Virus record (IMG/VR): IMGVR_UViG_3300048836_000416
Length of the DNA stretch: 64,000 bases
DNA from: an uncultured virus (IMG/VR IMGVR_UViG_3300048836_000416)
Taxonomy: Duplodnaviria > Heunggongvirae > Uroviricota > Caudoviricetes
Reading direction: 5' to 3' (one strand)
Below are positions 11,004 through 21,841 of the stretch, one piece after another; position 1 is the first letter of the stretch; each line of letters begins with the position of its first letter. Under the pieces are notes generated by a model, which ran no database searches, was not told where the DNA came from, and saw only the letters and a program-made list of their open reading frames with translations. A program made the position numbers and the translations under genes.

Positions 11004-12608
11004 ATGCTCGGATCAAATATAGGCAGCGTCCACAAGCAGCGCCAGGGAACTGGCTATGCCACCATCCTTCAAAGCGACAATCTCGCATTGAAGGATTTCC
11101 TATTGCAGGACGACCGCGAGCAAGCGGCCAAAGCAGCAGCGGGCGCCGCAAAAGCAAAGGCGGCTCAAGACGCCATGAAAGGGCTCACCGATTTTAACCC
11201 AGAGCGGTGGCTCAAGCACGACAAGGCAATCCAATCCAGAATGGACGAGTGGGTGTCTAAGGGAGCCCAGATCATTTCCGCTGGCGGAAACCCTAACAAC
11301 GGAATGGACCCAGCCTCGATAGAGTGGCGCCGGAATAAAGCAGAGATCGAAGCAGCAAGCAAGGCGTCGATGCAGATGAAGGATATGTACACCGCGACCC
11401 GGGGAAAAATAGACGGGAGTGAAAATGACAAGTATGATCCGGAGTCTTTAATGCAGATGCAACAATACTTTGACCTTCCGATTGATCGCGTTGTAAAAGA
11501 AGGCATCCTTCCTCCGCCACTCCTCCAGGCCAAGCCGAGTCTTAACCTACAAAAGACCTGGACCTCGCTCTCGAAGGACTTATACGACGCTAAAAAAGAC
11601 AAGCCAATCACTGACACAGAGAAGTGGGATTTTGTTCGCGCTTCTATGGCCAATGACCCTGGTGTTTCGGAAGCGGCAGCATCCTACCTGCATAACCTGC
11701 CCAAGGCAGAGCGTGACCGGTACGCAGAGATGGAAAAGAAAACTGGCCGCTCGCAGATTGAATTGGTGAACTACGACTTTATGACCCGGTACGAGCCTGG
11801 AAAGGAGCCGTTTGATCTGAACACGTACATCCAAAAAGGCGTTGACGCTATTGACGTTCCTTATGCAGAATATACTACACCGGACAAGTTCGGCAAGTAT
11901 GTGAAGAAAGACGAGTTCAAGAAGAGCGCCACCGAGAAGGCCCAGTTGATGCTAACGGACCCGCAGGCCACGGTCGAATACCAGAAAATACTCCCAATGA
12001 ACCCGGGCGAAACTGAGGGAGTCTACCGGGCAAGGGCCGTCGCCGACCTGTCAAAGCGAATGATGGACATGAAGGCCAAGGATACGCGCTCGGGAATCAC
12101 CGATAAGGGTGAGGGCGCGAAAAAACAGCAAGTAAGCGCAGAAGAGTGGTTGCGTGACATAAAATCAGGCGACAAGGACAAGCAAGCGCGTTCTGCAAAC
12201 TTCTTGTTTGAATCAAAAGGTGTTCTTGGGAATATGAATATAACTCAAGCCGAAGTGCTTGACGACTTTGCAACCCAAACGCTTAATGCGGCTGATGATG
12301 CCCCGATGGCAGGCACTAAATACCTTCGACTAACCCTCGAAGGTGCGCCAAGTCTCCAGAAAATAGAAGAACAAGTTGTAGAGGCAGGGTACAGCAAAAA
12401 AGATATTAAATTTGAAACAATGGGCACAAACTCTACGTTAATTTTGCCCGTTAATGACAATACCGAGAACGCTCTTTTACGCCTACACGACAAGGCATAC
12501 AAAACCGGGGAACGTGCATACGACCCAACCCCGCAAACCTGGAGCGCAGACACCATATTGAAAGGCGCCGCAGCGCCGGCACCAAATAAAGTAAAAAGTC
12601 AATTCTAA
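11004..12608 (+). CDS. Putative internal virion protein
   Basis: 534 aa, helical and charged; lies between the pilot-like gene and the giant gene. Confidence 0.55.
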   Translation: MLGSNIGSVHKQRQGTGYATILQSDNLALKDFLLQDDREQAAKAAAGAAKAKAAQDAMKGLTDFNPERWLKHDKAIQSRMDEWVSKGAQIISAGGNPNNGMDPASIEWRRNKAEIEAASKASMQMKDMYTATRGKIDGSENDKYDPESLMQMQQYFDLPIDRVVKEGILPPPLLQAKPSLNLQKTWTSLSKDLYDAKKDKPITDTEKWDFVRASMANDPGVSEAAASYLHNLPKAERDRYAEMEKKTGRSQIELVNYDFMTRYEPGKEPFDLNTYIQKGVDAIDVPYAEYTTPDKFGKYVKKDEFKKSATEKAQLMLTDPQATVEYQKILPMNPGETEGVYRARAVADLSKRMMDMKAKDTRSGITDKGEGAKKQQVSAEEWLRDIKSGDKDKQARSANFLFESKGVLGNMNITQAEVLDDFATQTLNAADDAPMAGTKYLRLTLEGAPSLQKIEEQVVEAGYSKKDIKFETMGTNSTLILPVNDNTENALLRLHDKAYKTGERAYDPTPQTWSADTILKGAAAPAPNKVKSQF

Positions 12609-15600
12609 TGCCTGATCCAATAAAGGAGTTACACAATAACATGGTCAATTCGGAACTCCTGACGGGGCCGAATATGGATTACAATACATTTGTGTCGAAC
12701 CTCGCCAACGAGGAGGGCCGGCAGAAACTTTACCAAGTCCTCCAGGACAATGGTAAGGTTCAAGCGGATTACAAAACCTTCTCGGAAGGGTACTTCGCCA
12801 ACTTCGACCAAACTTTAGCAGCCGCCCAGGCTGAAAAAAAAAAGATGGTGGAGCCTGGTCAAGAATCAAGCGATGGCTTATTGGACCAGACAAGTGCCCC
12901 TGCTGCGGATGCCGCCTTTGAGTCGCCTTTCAACGACCTGACCTACCCAAAGGATGACCCTTTCACGCGGCCGGATATGCCGCCAGTGGAACTATCTACG
13001 CCCAACACAACTCTTGGCCAGCGCCTTAATGAGGCCCAGGTAGGGAGCGAATCAACGGCCGTAAACATGCCGCTCAAGTCTTTGCCGGAAATGAATATCA
13101 CCGGCGAGGAAAATCCTTTGCAAGCAGGGACCGAGATGTACTCGAAACTCGATGAAGGGTTTGAGTTCAAAGAGCGCCGCGCTGCAAAATCTCCATGGCG
13201 CCAAGGCGTTCGTGATATGGAGAAGGTGCAGTTTTTCGCAGACAAAGCAGCCAAGCAGACTGAGTTCGCCGCCTTCCACCTGAAAGAGAAATTTGGCCCA
13301 ACATGGATGGAGGATGTCACGACGTTGACACAAGAACTACAAAGCCCTGCCGCATCCCTCCGGCCTGACGAGATCATTGAAAAGCAGGCCCGGCTAAATC
13401 AAATAAAAAACGATCCGATTTACGATAAATGGTTGGGGGGTATTACCGCCCAACAAAAGTCTTTCGAGGAGTATAAGGCTATTGGGAAAAAGAACCCCGA
13501 GTTTTTACGCGAACAGGCCAACCAAGAACTTGCCCGCCAATTGGCTGACGAGTCTCCGGTATTTAAAGCCGCTTCCTTCGGCGCCCAGGTCACACTCCCA
13601 GTGGTGGCCGGCATCGCCACTCTTCCTCGCACCCTCCTCGGCGCCGTTGGCCTCCAGGAGGTGCCGATTATTGACCAGATCGCAGACTGGGGTGATAAGC
13701 AGACCGAATTTATTGAAACCAAAACATCGCTCGGGTCAAAAGCAGACCGGTCATTGTGGCAGGATATGACCTCGTTTGAGGGTATGCAGGTCCAGGTGGA
13801 CATGAACAAGCGCCCGGTCGCCGCGTACAAGAATGGATTAAAAATAGATATGACTCCTGAACAGGTGAAAAAATTCACCGATACCGGCGCAGGAGCCAAT
13901 GCCAAATTGTCATACACTGGTTGGGAAAATGCCGGGTGGACCACGGCCAAGCAATTGGCCAACTTATATTTGATGCGTTCCCTCGGAGGAGGCACTGAGA
14001 TTGGGGCCGGCGCGACAGCGTTTATTACCACCTACAACGACCTCTACAACGAGGCGCTAAGTAACTTCGGTTATGGGCCGGCCGATGCAGCACAGTATGC
14101 AATTGCAAACGCCGGCGTCCAAGCAGCAGCCGAAGCGTACCTCGGAAAGATTGATGTGGCCCCAATGAAACTCCAGTTCGCCCGCACAGTGGGGCTGAAT
14201 GAAGCAAAGGCGCTGGCCGGTAAGATGACCGCCAAGGAAGTTGGCAAGGCCGCAGGCAAGGCAATGATGAAAGAAGTGATGGGAGAGAACGCGGAGGAAC
14301 TGGTACAAACCGCTACCGACCACTTGGCCACGGCGATGTTCAACGCAAAGACCGGTGGCGACATCAGGCGCGACTTCGACTTGCAGCAGATGGCTGAAAC
14401 GATCCTGATCACCACCGCTACGACTATCCTCGCTGGCGGGGCCGATGTACCCAGGGCGGTAAAGGGTCAGATGCAAATGGATGCTTTACTCGCTGCCGCA
14501 GTTAATCCGACTTCGGTGGCGCCGGCAGTAGATCAACTGGTGGCTGCCGGGCAACTCACCGAGGAAGAAGGCAAGAAAACAATGGCCCGGGCGCAAGCAC
14601 TTGGCCAGATAAATGCCGTCCTTCCGGAAGATATGGAGGACGCCGCCCGGGCACAAGTGTTGGCGCTTGAGTTGGATAAGATTCAAAAGTCGGAAGGCGT
14701 CAAGCCGGACTCTCCGCAGGTTGTGAAGGATGAAGTCAAAGATGAGATCAAGCAGATCGACGAACAGATCGAGGCTATAAAACACCCCGAACCTCCGAAG
14801 GAAGGAGAGGCGCCGGTAGAAACACCAACCGTCCAAGCCGATCCGACAACTGAGACGCCGGCAGTTACAGAGGTCGCAGATATGCCGCAGGCGGTAGTGA
14901 ACGATGCGCCAGTTATCGAATCAACGGAAACAGAACAAACCGCTGATCCAATTTCACTTATAAGTGAAGATATTGCCCCCTTCTTAGATGCCTCTGACAA
15001 AGAGAATGTCCAGAACTGGGTCGATGACAATATAAATGATCCAGAAGTTCTTGCCCAATACCCCAACAAAACCGAAGCCGTTAAGGACTTGGTGAAGGAG
15101 TACGAGGAGAATGTGCTCCAAAATAAATATGCCGGGCGCACTAATCTGGTGGTAGAGCCGACAGCAAAAGCGGATGTCGCCAGGGCCGGTGAAGTAGTGG
15201 CGAACTTGGATGACGAGAAAGTTGCAGCAACTCAGGCGTTTGTCAAGCAATACGAAACCACCGGTGGGTTTGACATAGATAAACTTGAAAAAGACATCGC
15301 CGATGGGGTAGAAATCCCGGAAGCAGTAAAACAAATACTCGATGAACAAGAACTCGCAGGAGGCGTTGAATCGGATCAACGTAACGAAATCCCTGACGGC
15401 ACTGTTGAGGGCCCGCAGAGCCAAGAACAAAACAGCGGGGTCAACACCACCGAAACAGGGAACACTGATGTCCCTAAGGGCGGCAAAAAAGAAACTACTG
15501 AACAGAAAAAGAAGAGGGTAGATGCCGGCTTGAAAAAAGCCAAACTGCCTCCGGTTGATGATGATGTGTTGCAAGAGATGGCCAACGATGGCCTAATCGA

Positions 15601-18600
15601 CAGCGACACTTTCTTCGATGCCCACAACTATCTTAAAGGCGATATCAACGAGAAGACCGCCAAGGCTTTTAACCAGGCACTCGATGCCCGGGAAGGATTG
15701 CGTAACGTCCCTCCCAGAACACCGATCGTAGTAAACGACGATATCCAGGTGTTTCGCCGCGAATCCGATGGCGTCCTGGAAGTCTCCGGCGATGCAGCCA
15801 GTTCGTATGGCCTAAAGTTCTTTGGCGGAAAGTATAACCCCGCCACTCGCAAGTGGGAACTGAAAGGAGAAGGCGCCGTAAATGCGCTCGATCACATCGT
15901 AGAATCAAACGCCCCGGTCGTAGAGCAATCTGACGGCGGGGCCATGGGCAACCAACTCGTAGAGGCGCTCAAGGCCCCTGGCGCGGTGATTAATGCGAAG
16001 CGCCGGCGCAACCGGTACAAGGCCGCATCTTCTTTCGGGGAGCGCGTACAGATAGCCTCAGTAGAGCATGGCACCCGCCCGGAAGTTGCAGACCCAAAGA
16101 AAGTGCAAAAGGTCCTGGCGCAACTCCAGAAGTCGATGCCCGGAGTAGAAGTAGTAACAGACCAGGCCGAGGTAACGGCAAAGATAAACGAGGTTGCCGC
16201 CGCCAAAGGGTTAACCGTCGAAGTTCGTGACGGTATCCCAGGTTTCTTGATGGAGGACGGCCGATGGGAAGCGCCGGTGGCGTTTGAATCCGATGGGATA
16301 GTGTATGTCAATCCACGCATCGCCCACGTTGATGCACTGATCCACGAATTTGGGCATATCTGGAACTCATGGCTACGCAAGAATAACCCGACCGAACACG
16401 CTAAAGGTATCGCCCTGGCCAAGGAGTCGGACTATATGGATGCCGTAAAGGACCACCCGCTTTACTCGGACCTCCCAGAGGAGCAGCAAGCCGAGGAAGC
16501 CCTGGCGTATGCCATTGGCGATGCCGGGCGCCGCATCACAGAGATGGGGCCGTTCATGCGCTTCCGCGTGTGGCTTGCGGATATGTGGCGAGAGGTGACA
16601 CGAATGACCGGTGTTGGCCGGCCGGCAGAGATGACTCTCTTGCAGTGGGCGAACTACCACGCCGAAACATTGCTGAGCGGAAACGAGGCGACCAAGAAAA
16701 CCGGGCAACAAATTGTTAGTGAAGAGCAACAAATTGTTCAACAACAACGCGCTCAGGCCATGGAACGCGCCGGGTATTTCCCGGAAGATATTTACGCTGC
16801 TACCGGGTGGAAACGCGCCGATGGCGGCGACTGGTATTTTGACGCCCTTGAGGTCAAGCCGAAATTCGACACCACCACCGAGTTTCAATTCGGCGAAACG
16901 ATGCCGATCACTGACGTACTTACTGTGCCGGCACTGGCAGGGCGGGCAGATGTCATGGTCCGTATCGAAAGTGGAGTCAAGGCTCCACGTATGGATGGGA
17001 ATACGATTGTGATGTCCCCGGTGATGGATAAGGCTTACCTGCAAAAAGCGGTGGCCCTGGCCCAGGGAACATTGGTCACAGAAAAACTTGACGATAAGCC
17101 GGTCGATCAGAACCCTCCGGCCCGGTTTATGATGGACACTCCGCAAGGAAACGCTACCCAGGGCTCTACCCCTCAGGCCGCTCGCATCCAATCTGCCAAA
17201 CAGATTATACGGATCGAAATGCAAAACGAGGGGATGAAAGACTACGAGGCAAAGACTCGTCAACTTGCCAAGGCCCTCGGGCTTCGGTACGAAGATGTTC
17301 TGAAAGTGTGGCAGGACGAAGCGAGCCGCGCACAGTTCGGCCGTGTAACGGTGGCCCTGGGCGATGCAAAAGCAATGGGCGCCGGCCAATGGGCGCAGAT
17401 TGTTGAAGCCGCTTCGGTCAAAAAAGAAATCGTTACCGAGTCGCTTTCTATTTGGTTCCGCAGGTACTTCACTGTTAAGGGGTTATTCCCGGCAGAGATC
17501 AAGCACTTGGCTGATCAAGCAGGCGACCGCATTGCCGGAAGACTCCGTGGTGCCCGGTTCTTGATGGCCGACTTGAATGCTGCCATGAAAGCCGAATACG
17601 GCAAAGGATTGACTGAGGCGCACTGGCGTTTGGTTGATAATGTGATGCGCGGGGAAGGGCAGTGGGATGTTTTACCGGACAGTATCGTTGGCCCGGCAAA
17701 AGCGATGCGCGACTTTACCGACGCGCTCTCCCAGGAGTTGATTACTTCCGGCGCCACCAACTCTAAAATGATAATCACGATCTTGAATAACTCCGGCGTC
17801 GCCGCCACCGAGGAGAACATGAAGGATTGGCAGGGCGCCAACTTGTTTGAGGCGCTCGATAAATTACCATACGAGCGCACCGCCCACGAAGAGGCGGCAA
17901 TCAAAGACTTCCTGCGGGCAAATAACAAAATGCTCGGTTCGTATTTCTACCGGTCGTACAGAAAACACAAAGACAAGAGTTGGGCGAAGCGCGTCCCTCC
18001 TGCGGTATTGCAGGACGCAAGGGAGTTCTTGCACCAACAAATCTCTTCTCGAATAGCGCTGCTTGAGCGGGCCCGGGACGCGAAGGTGGAAGATATTGAA
18101 ATGCAGATCGAAGATGTCTACGATGCAATCAATGCAGTAACCGATGGGATCGCATTGGACTTGGCCAACTCAAAAGACCCGGCAGACATCCAGAAGTGGA
18201 TGGACGAAACCAAAGACGCCAAGGCAGTAACGCAGGCCGACATTGAAATCATCATGGCCCTCACCGAAGTAGATAAGGGCGCATACTCGGACCGCGTGTG
18301 GGCTATAATTGAAGCCAGAAAAATGCTGTCCGACTTGCAAGACTTGCAAGACGCTGCGGTGAATTTCAACGAGGCTGAGATTGACAACCTTTCGCGCATA
18401 CTCAGCATACCATTCGGCGCCAAGCAGGGCGGGATTGACGGGATCATTTACAATGAAATCCTGGCGGTTGAAGAAACCGAAGCCGGCATGGTATCGAACG
18501 CTAACCTCGGATCAAAAGACTTGGCGTTTTTGAAGCGTCGGAAAAACATACCCGAGCCGATCAGGGAGTTGATGGGCGAATACCATGACGCTCGATTGAA

Positions 18601-20407
18601 CTTCGCCTCCTCTGTGATGCGAATGATCAGCGTTGTGGAAAACCAACAACTCCTGATCTCAATGCGGAAGGAATTTGAAGGCAAGTATTTCTGGCCCCCA
18701 GAGATGAAGGATATGGGAGTTGAACTGGCGGCAGTTGGCACAGCATCCATGGACCCGCTGAATGGGTGGCACACGACCAAGGAGATTGCGATGGCGTTCA
18801 AGGACTTCCATGGCAAGGCTTCGCAGATGCCGTTCCCTATCAGGGTCCTGAGAGGATTTGCGGACATGGTGAAGTACGGGAAGACTATCGTCTCTCCGGT
18901 CACGCACTTCCGGAACTTCTTCTCCAATATGTACTTCGCCGCGCAAAATGGATATAGCCCGAAGGCAATGAAAAACGCTTGGGTCGGTTTCCACAATGCC
19001 TGGTCGAAAAACTCGGACCCGGAGCGTAGAGCGTATATCGAAAAACTCGTATCGCTCGGGATCATGGGTGAAGGCGCCTGGAGCGGAGACTTGCGCTCTT
19101 TGATGGAGCGAATCAACGGCGATGCGGTTGATCAGTTAATGGTTTCAGGGAACCTGTTGACCACGGCGAACCGGTTCTTACAACAAACATACCAAGCAGA
19201 GGATGATTTTTGGAGGGTGCTTGGTTTCGAGACAGAGAAGGCGCGTTACGCCAAGAACATTTACGGCCGGCCGTTTGAGCAACTCGATCCAGAACAGCAG
19301 GCAGATGTGGAACGCAATGCAGCCGACATCGTTTCGGAGACAATGCCGACCTATTCCAAGGTTCCAAAGTTTGCCCAGGCGCTCCGCGAGATTCCAATCT
19401 TCGGTACCTTCATCGCCTTTCCGGCTGAGATGTTCCGGATCACCGCCAATCAAGTGAAGCGCGTAAACAAAGAACGCCGCGACCCTCGTACCCGGGGCAC
19501 GGCAATGGTTCGTTTGCTCGGGATGGGATTAGCGCAAGGATTGCCGTATGCAGCAGTCAAAATATTCCAACACATCGTCGGCGTTTCGCCCGAGGAAGAA
19601 GACGCCGCTCGTTACTTTGTGCCGGAGTGGCAAAAGAACTCGCCATGGGTATGGGACACCTTCACTCCAGGGAAAGAGTTTTCATTCCGGAACCTTGGAT
19701 ACTCAGACCCATACTCTTTCTACAAGAAGCCCATCATTACGATGCTGGCCAACAACGGAAAGGATATGCCAGCACGGCTTGCTGAGGCGGCCTACGGGCT
19801 CCTTCAACCGTTCATTGATGTGGAACTCACCACTGGAACAATCTTGGCGCTGGCGTACAATAAGGACCCGCGCACCGGTGAGGATATTTATGTTCCCGGA
19901 AAAGGCTTGTCATCTGACTGGAGAAGCACCGCAGAGTTCACTACACGGCAATTGCAGCCAGGGGTCGTGAAGTTTGGGTATGATGTTGCCGAGGCCGCTA
20001 CCGGAGTAGGGAAGTATGGCCGGCCACCAAAACAGTGGGATGACATCGCCTTGAACATGGTTGGATACCAGACAGAGAAGACGAACGTTGAAAAAGCAGT
20101 TCGCCAAAAAGTATTCGCCGCTAAAAAAGAACTTGATTACAGCCGCGAATACTTCCTGAAATACAGATACAAGTTCGCCAACAACCCGGAAGGTCTTGAC
20201 GAACACTATGAAAGAGCGGCCACCATGTACCGCGAATCTCTAAAAACATTATCTTTGTGTGTCCGCAATGCGGAAATAATCGGAATGCCCCCCCAGGCAG
20301 TAAATGAGATCGTAACAGGTTCGAGCCGATCCTTCTCTAACAGTGAGTTGGAAGCAGCGAGGTCAGGTGCGCTTCTTATGCCTACTTTTAAAGGCTATAA
20401 CAAATAA
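12608..20407 (+). CDS. Large polyvalent virion/ejection protein (zincin-like HExxH, LPD23-like segment)
   Basis: 2599 aa; LIHEFGHIW...EEALA metallopeptidase-like motif near 16343; IYAATGWKRADGGDWYF near 16790; helical C-terminal region typical of ejection proteins. Confidence 0.7.
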   Translation: MPDPIKELHNNMVNSELLTGPNMDYNTFVSNLANEEGRQKLYQVLQDNGKVQADYKTFSEGYFANFDQTLAAAQAEKKKMVEPGQESSDGLLDQTSAPAADAAFESPFNDLTYPKDDPFTRPDMPPVELSTPNTTLGQRLNEAQVGSESTAVNMPLKSLPEMNITGEENPLQAGTEMYSKLDEGFEFKERRAAKSPWRQGVRDMEKVQFFADKAAKQTEFAAFHLKEKFGPTWMEDVTTLTQELQSPAASLRPDEIIEKQARLNQIKNDPIYDKWLGGITAQQKSFEEYKAIGKKNPEFLREQANQELARQLADESPVFKAASFGAQVTLPVVAGIATLPRTLLGAVGLQEVPIIDQIADWGDKQTEFIETKTSLGSKADRSLWQDMTSFEGMQVQVDMNKRPVAAYKNGLKIDMTPEQVKKFTDTGAGANAKLSYTGWENAGWTTAKQLANLYLMRSLGGGTEIGAGATAFITTYNDLYNEALSNFGYGPADAAQYAIANAGVQAAAEAYLGKIDVAPMKLQFARTVGLNEAKALAGKMTAKEVGKAAGKAMMKEVMGENAEELVQTATDHLATAMFNAKTGGDIRRDFDLQQMAETILITTATTILAGGADVPRAVKGQMQMDALLAAAVNPTSVAPAVDQLVAAGQLTEEEGKKTMARAQALGQINAVLPEDMEDAARAQVLALELDKIQKSEGVKPDSPQVVKDEVKDEIKQIDEQIEAIKHPEPPKEGEAPVETPTVQADPTTETPAVTEVADMPQAVVNDAPVIESTETEQTADPISLISEDIAPFLDASDKENVQNWVDDNINDPEVLAQYPNKTEAVKDLVKEYEENVLQNKYAGRTNLVVEPTAKADVARAGEVVANLDDEKVAATQAFVKQYETTGGFDIDKLEKDIADGVEIPEAVKQILDEQELAGGVESDQRNEIPDGTVEGPQSQEQNSGVNTTETGNTDVPKGGKKETTEQKKKRVDAGLKKAKLPPVDDDVLQEMANDGLIDSDTFFDAHNYLKGDINEKTAKAFNQALDAREGLRNVPPRTPIVVNDDIQVFRRESDGVLEVSGDAASSYGLKFFGGKYNPATRKWELKGEGAVNALDHIVESNAPVVEQSDGGAMGNQLVEALKAPGAVINAKRRRNRYKAASSFGERVQIASVEHGTRPEVADPKKVQKVLAQLQKSMPGVEVVTDQAEVTAKINEVAAAKGLTVEVRDGIPGFLMEDGRWEAPVAFESDGIVYVNPRIAHVDALIHEFGHIWNSWLRKNNPTEHAKGIALAKESDYMDAVKDHPLYSDLPEEQQAEEALAYAIGDAGRRITEMGPFMRFRVWLADMWREVTRMTGVGRPAEMTLLQWANYHAETLLSGNEATKKTGQQIVSEEQQIVQQQRAQAMERAGYFPEDIYAATGWKRADGGDWYFDALEVKPKFDTTTEFQFGETMPITDVLTVPALAGRADVMVRIESGVKAPRMDGNTIVMSPVMDKAYLQKAVALAQGTLVTEKLDDKPVDQNPPARFMMDTPQGNATQGSTPQAARIQSAKQIIRIEMQNEGMKDYEAKTRQLAKALGLRYEDVLKVWQDEASRAQFGRVTVALGDAKAMGAGQWAQIVEAASVKKEIVTESLSIWFRRYFTVKGLFPAEIKHLADQAGDRIAGRLRGARFLMADLNAAMKAEYGKGLTEAHWRLVDNVMRGEGQWDVLPDSIVGPAKAMRDFTDALSQELITSGATNSKMIITILNNSGVAATEENMKDWQGANLFEALDKLPYERTAHEEAAIKDFLRANNKMLGSYFYRSYRKHKDKSWAKRVPPAVLQDAREFLHQQISSRIALLERARDAKVEDIEMQIEDVYDAINAVTDGIALDLANSKDPADIQKWMDETKDAKAVTQADIEIIMALTEVDKGAYSDRVWAIIEARKMLSDLQDLQDAAVNFNEAEIDNLSRILSIPFGAKQGGIDGIIYNEILAVEETEAGMVSNANLGSKDLAFLKRRKNIPEPIRELMGEYHDARLNFASSVMRMISVVENQQLLISMRKEFEGKYFWPPEMKDMGVELAAVGTASMDPLNGWHTTKEIAMAFKDFHGKASQMPFPIRVLRGFADMVKYGKTIVSPVTHFRNFFSNMYFAAQNGYSPKAMKNAWVGFHNAWSKNSDPERRAYIEKLVSLGIMGEGAWSGDLRSLMERINGDAVDQLMVSGNLLTTANRFLQQTYQAEDDFWRVLGFETEKARYAKNIYGRPFEQLDPEQQADVERNAADIVSETMPTYSKVPKFAQALREIPIFGTFIAFPAEMFRITANQVKRVNKERRDPRTRGTAMVRLLGMGLAQGLPYAAVKIFQHIVGVSPEEEDAARYFVPEWQKNSPWVWDTFTPGKEFSFRNLGYSDPYSFYKKPIITMLANNGKDMPARLAEAAYGLLQPFIDVELTTGTILALAYNKDPRTGEDIYVPGKGLSSDWRSTAEFTTRQLQPGVVKFGYDVAEAATGVGKYGRPPKQWDDIALNMVGYQTEKTNVEKAVRQKVFAAKKELDYSREYFLKYRYKFANNPEGLDEHYERAATMYRESLKTLSLCVRNAEIIGMPPQAVNEIVTGSSRSFSNSELEAARSGALLMPTFKGYNK

Positions 20408-20415
20408 AATCGCTA

Positions 20416-20781
20416 ATGACCCTGTTATTTCAGGTGGTCGACTCGGTGAAGGTAGTTGAGAGAGCCTTCCAGATCGACCCTACGAATGTGATCCAATTTT
20501 TAGTCGGGGGGCTAATATTAATCGTATTGGCTCTTTGCGCTACGTTGGCTTTCCTATTCAAGTATTTTACGGCAAGATTGCTGGATCGGGAAAAGCGGCT
20601 TGAGGAGTTGACAACATCCATAACCTCGGTGGCAGTTAATGCGACTTCGGTTCTGGATGCTTTGGTTCATTCTGTTGATAAATTGCCGGCGCATATTGAT
20701 GCCCACAAGGGCGAGATTCGCCAGGCAATAAAAGACTCGGAAAATGCAATCATACGCATCGTTGACAGACTCAAAAAGTAA
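20416..20781 (+). CDS. Holin-like membrane protein
   Basis: One long TM segment followed by a coiled coil; immediately after the virion module. Confidence 0.45.
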   Translation: MTLLFQVVDSVKVVERAFQIDPTNVIQFLVGGLILIVLALCATLAFLFKYFTARLLDREKRLEELTTSITSVAVNATSVLDALVHSVDKLPAHIDAHKGEIRQAIKDSENAIIRIVDRLKK

Positions 20782-21073
20782 ACTTGAGCAAGCCATCTCC
20801 GACTTCAAAGAGAAGATCACCTCGATAACTGGGGGATATTCTACGCTTGGTCCAAATGGATTTTGGCGCCGGTTCTTCCCGCCAGGAAAGTCGTATGTAG
20901 CAAAAAGAACATTTGATGAACGCATCCGGGTAGCCTCCGGGTGCGTTAGCATTTATGAGCGAAATCATGTTCATTGGCTCAGACATGGCGATGCCGTTAC
21001 AATTCCAAAGGACACAGAGTATGAAATTGTCCCATTCGACGGTGGCGCACATATTGAATTTAAATTTATGTGA
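20744..21073 (+). CDS. Small cupin-like protein
   Basis: ERIRVASG...WLRHGDAVTIPKDTEYEI resembles cupin motifs 1 and 2 without the metal-binding His residues. Confidence 0.45.
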   Translation: MQSYASLTDSKSKLEQAISDFKEKITSITGGYSTLGPNGFWRRFFPPGKSYVAKRTFDERIRVASGCVSIYERNHVHWLRHGDAVTIPKDTEYEIVPFDGGAHIEFKFM

Positions 21074-21146
21074 TGATATTTTAGGAAGTTAGTAAAAATA
21101 TCACACATCTTTGTGCCATCAAATTTTTTCACGAAATTTCTCAAAG

Positions 21147-21497
21147 ATGAAACAGATATTATTGCTCCTCCTCCTCGCCTTTTTCGCCTCATGCTCCCCG
21201 GACGAGGCGCCCAATCCAATCCAAGACGATTGGAAAACTCTCGATGGCGACTCTACTCCCATAAAGTATGAATTTTTCGTTGACGGTCAGATGTGCGAAA
21301 CCATCGACGACTCCAACCCTTACTGCGGTATGCGGTGGGAGGCTGATGGCAACTCGCGCTATTTAATTTACCGTGACGGTGAACTTGACGCCACTTGGTA
21401 TGTAGAGTTTCTTGGTGGGTACTATGTATGCCGTATTGATGTATTTCCTGCCGCCCCTGGCTCTCCGGCCTCAACGTTTTACATGGAGCGGCTATGA
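21147..21497 (+). CDS. Putative lipoprotein
   Basis: MKQILLLLLLAFFAS|C lipobox; CATCTTTG promoter-like box upstream at 21106. Confidence 0.65.
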   Translation: MKQILLLLLLAFFASCSPDEAPNPIQDDWKTLDGDSTPIKYEFFVDGQMCETIDDSNPYCGMRWEADGNSRYLIYRDGELDATWYVEFLGGYYVCRIDVFPAAPGSPASTFYMERL

Positions 21498-21835
21498 CTT
21501 ACGAGGAACTTCAAGACAATATAATTGCCCGCTTAGAACATGCCCATCAACGGTATTTAGGCGCGTACGATTCCCATATAGAGCGAGTCAAAAACGCAAT
21601 GTCTTGGATTGGCACATTTGCTTACCAAGAATACCCGTATTCTGAAAACGGAGAAAATACCTTGGTGAATGCCAGAATTAGTGACCCTGGTCGGCTAAAC
21701 GGGGCGCTGTGCGTTATTACACATATTGACTTCCGGGGGGCACCATATTTCAATGCAGATATCCGACTCACTCCGTATGACTCAATAGCCGATATCGGAG
21801 AAGGGTGCGGGATGTCTATCACCAAATCGTTTTAA
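21494..21835 (+). CDS. Hypothetical protein
   Basis: ATGA overlap with the upstream gene. Confidence 0.6.
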   Translation: MTYEELQDNIIARLEHAHQRYLGAYDSHIERVKNAMSWIGTFAYQEYPYSENGENTLVNARISDPGRLNGALCVITHIDFRGAPYFNADIRLTPYDSIADIGEGCGMSITKSF

Positions 21836-21841
21836 ATACTC

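Noticed and set aside
15263..15286. GGFDIDKL resembling the crAss RNA polymerase motif DFDIDKL
   Set aside because: The first catalytic Asp is absent and the motif lies in an acidic low-complexity region; probably chance.
12629..20206. Numerous long antisense ORFs (e.g. 16373..17389)
   Set aside because: Shadows of a long codon-biased gene; no protein-like motifs.
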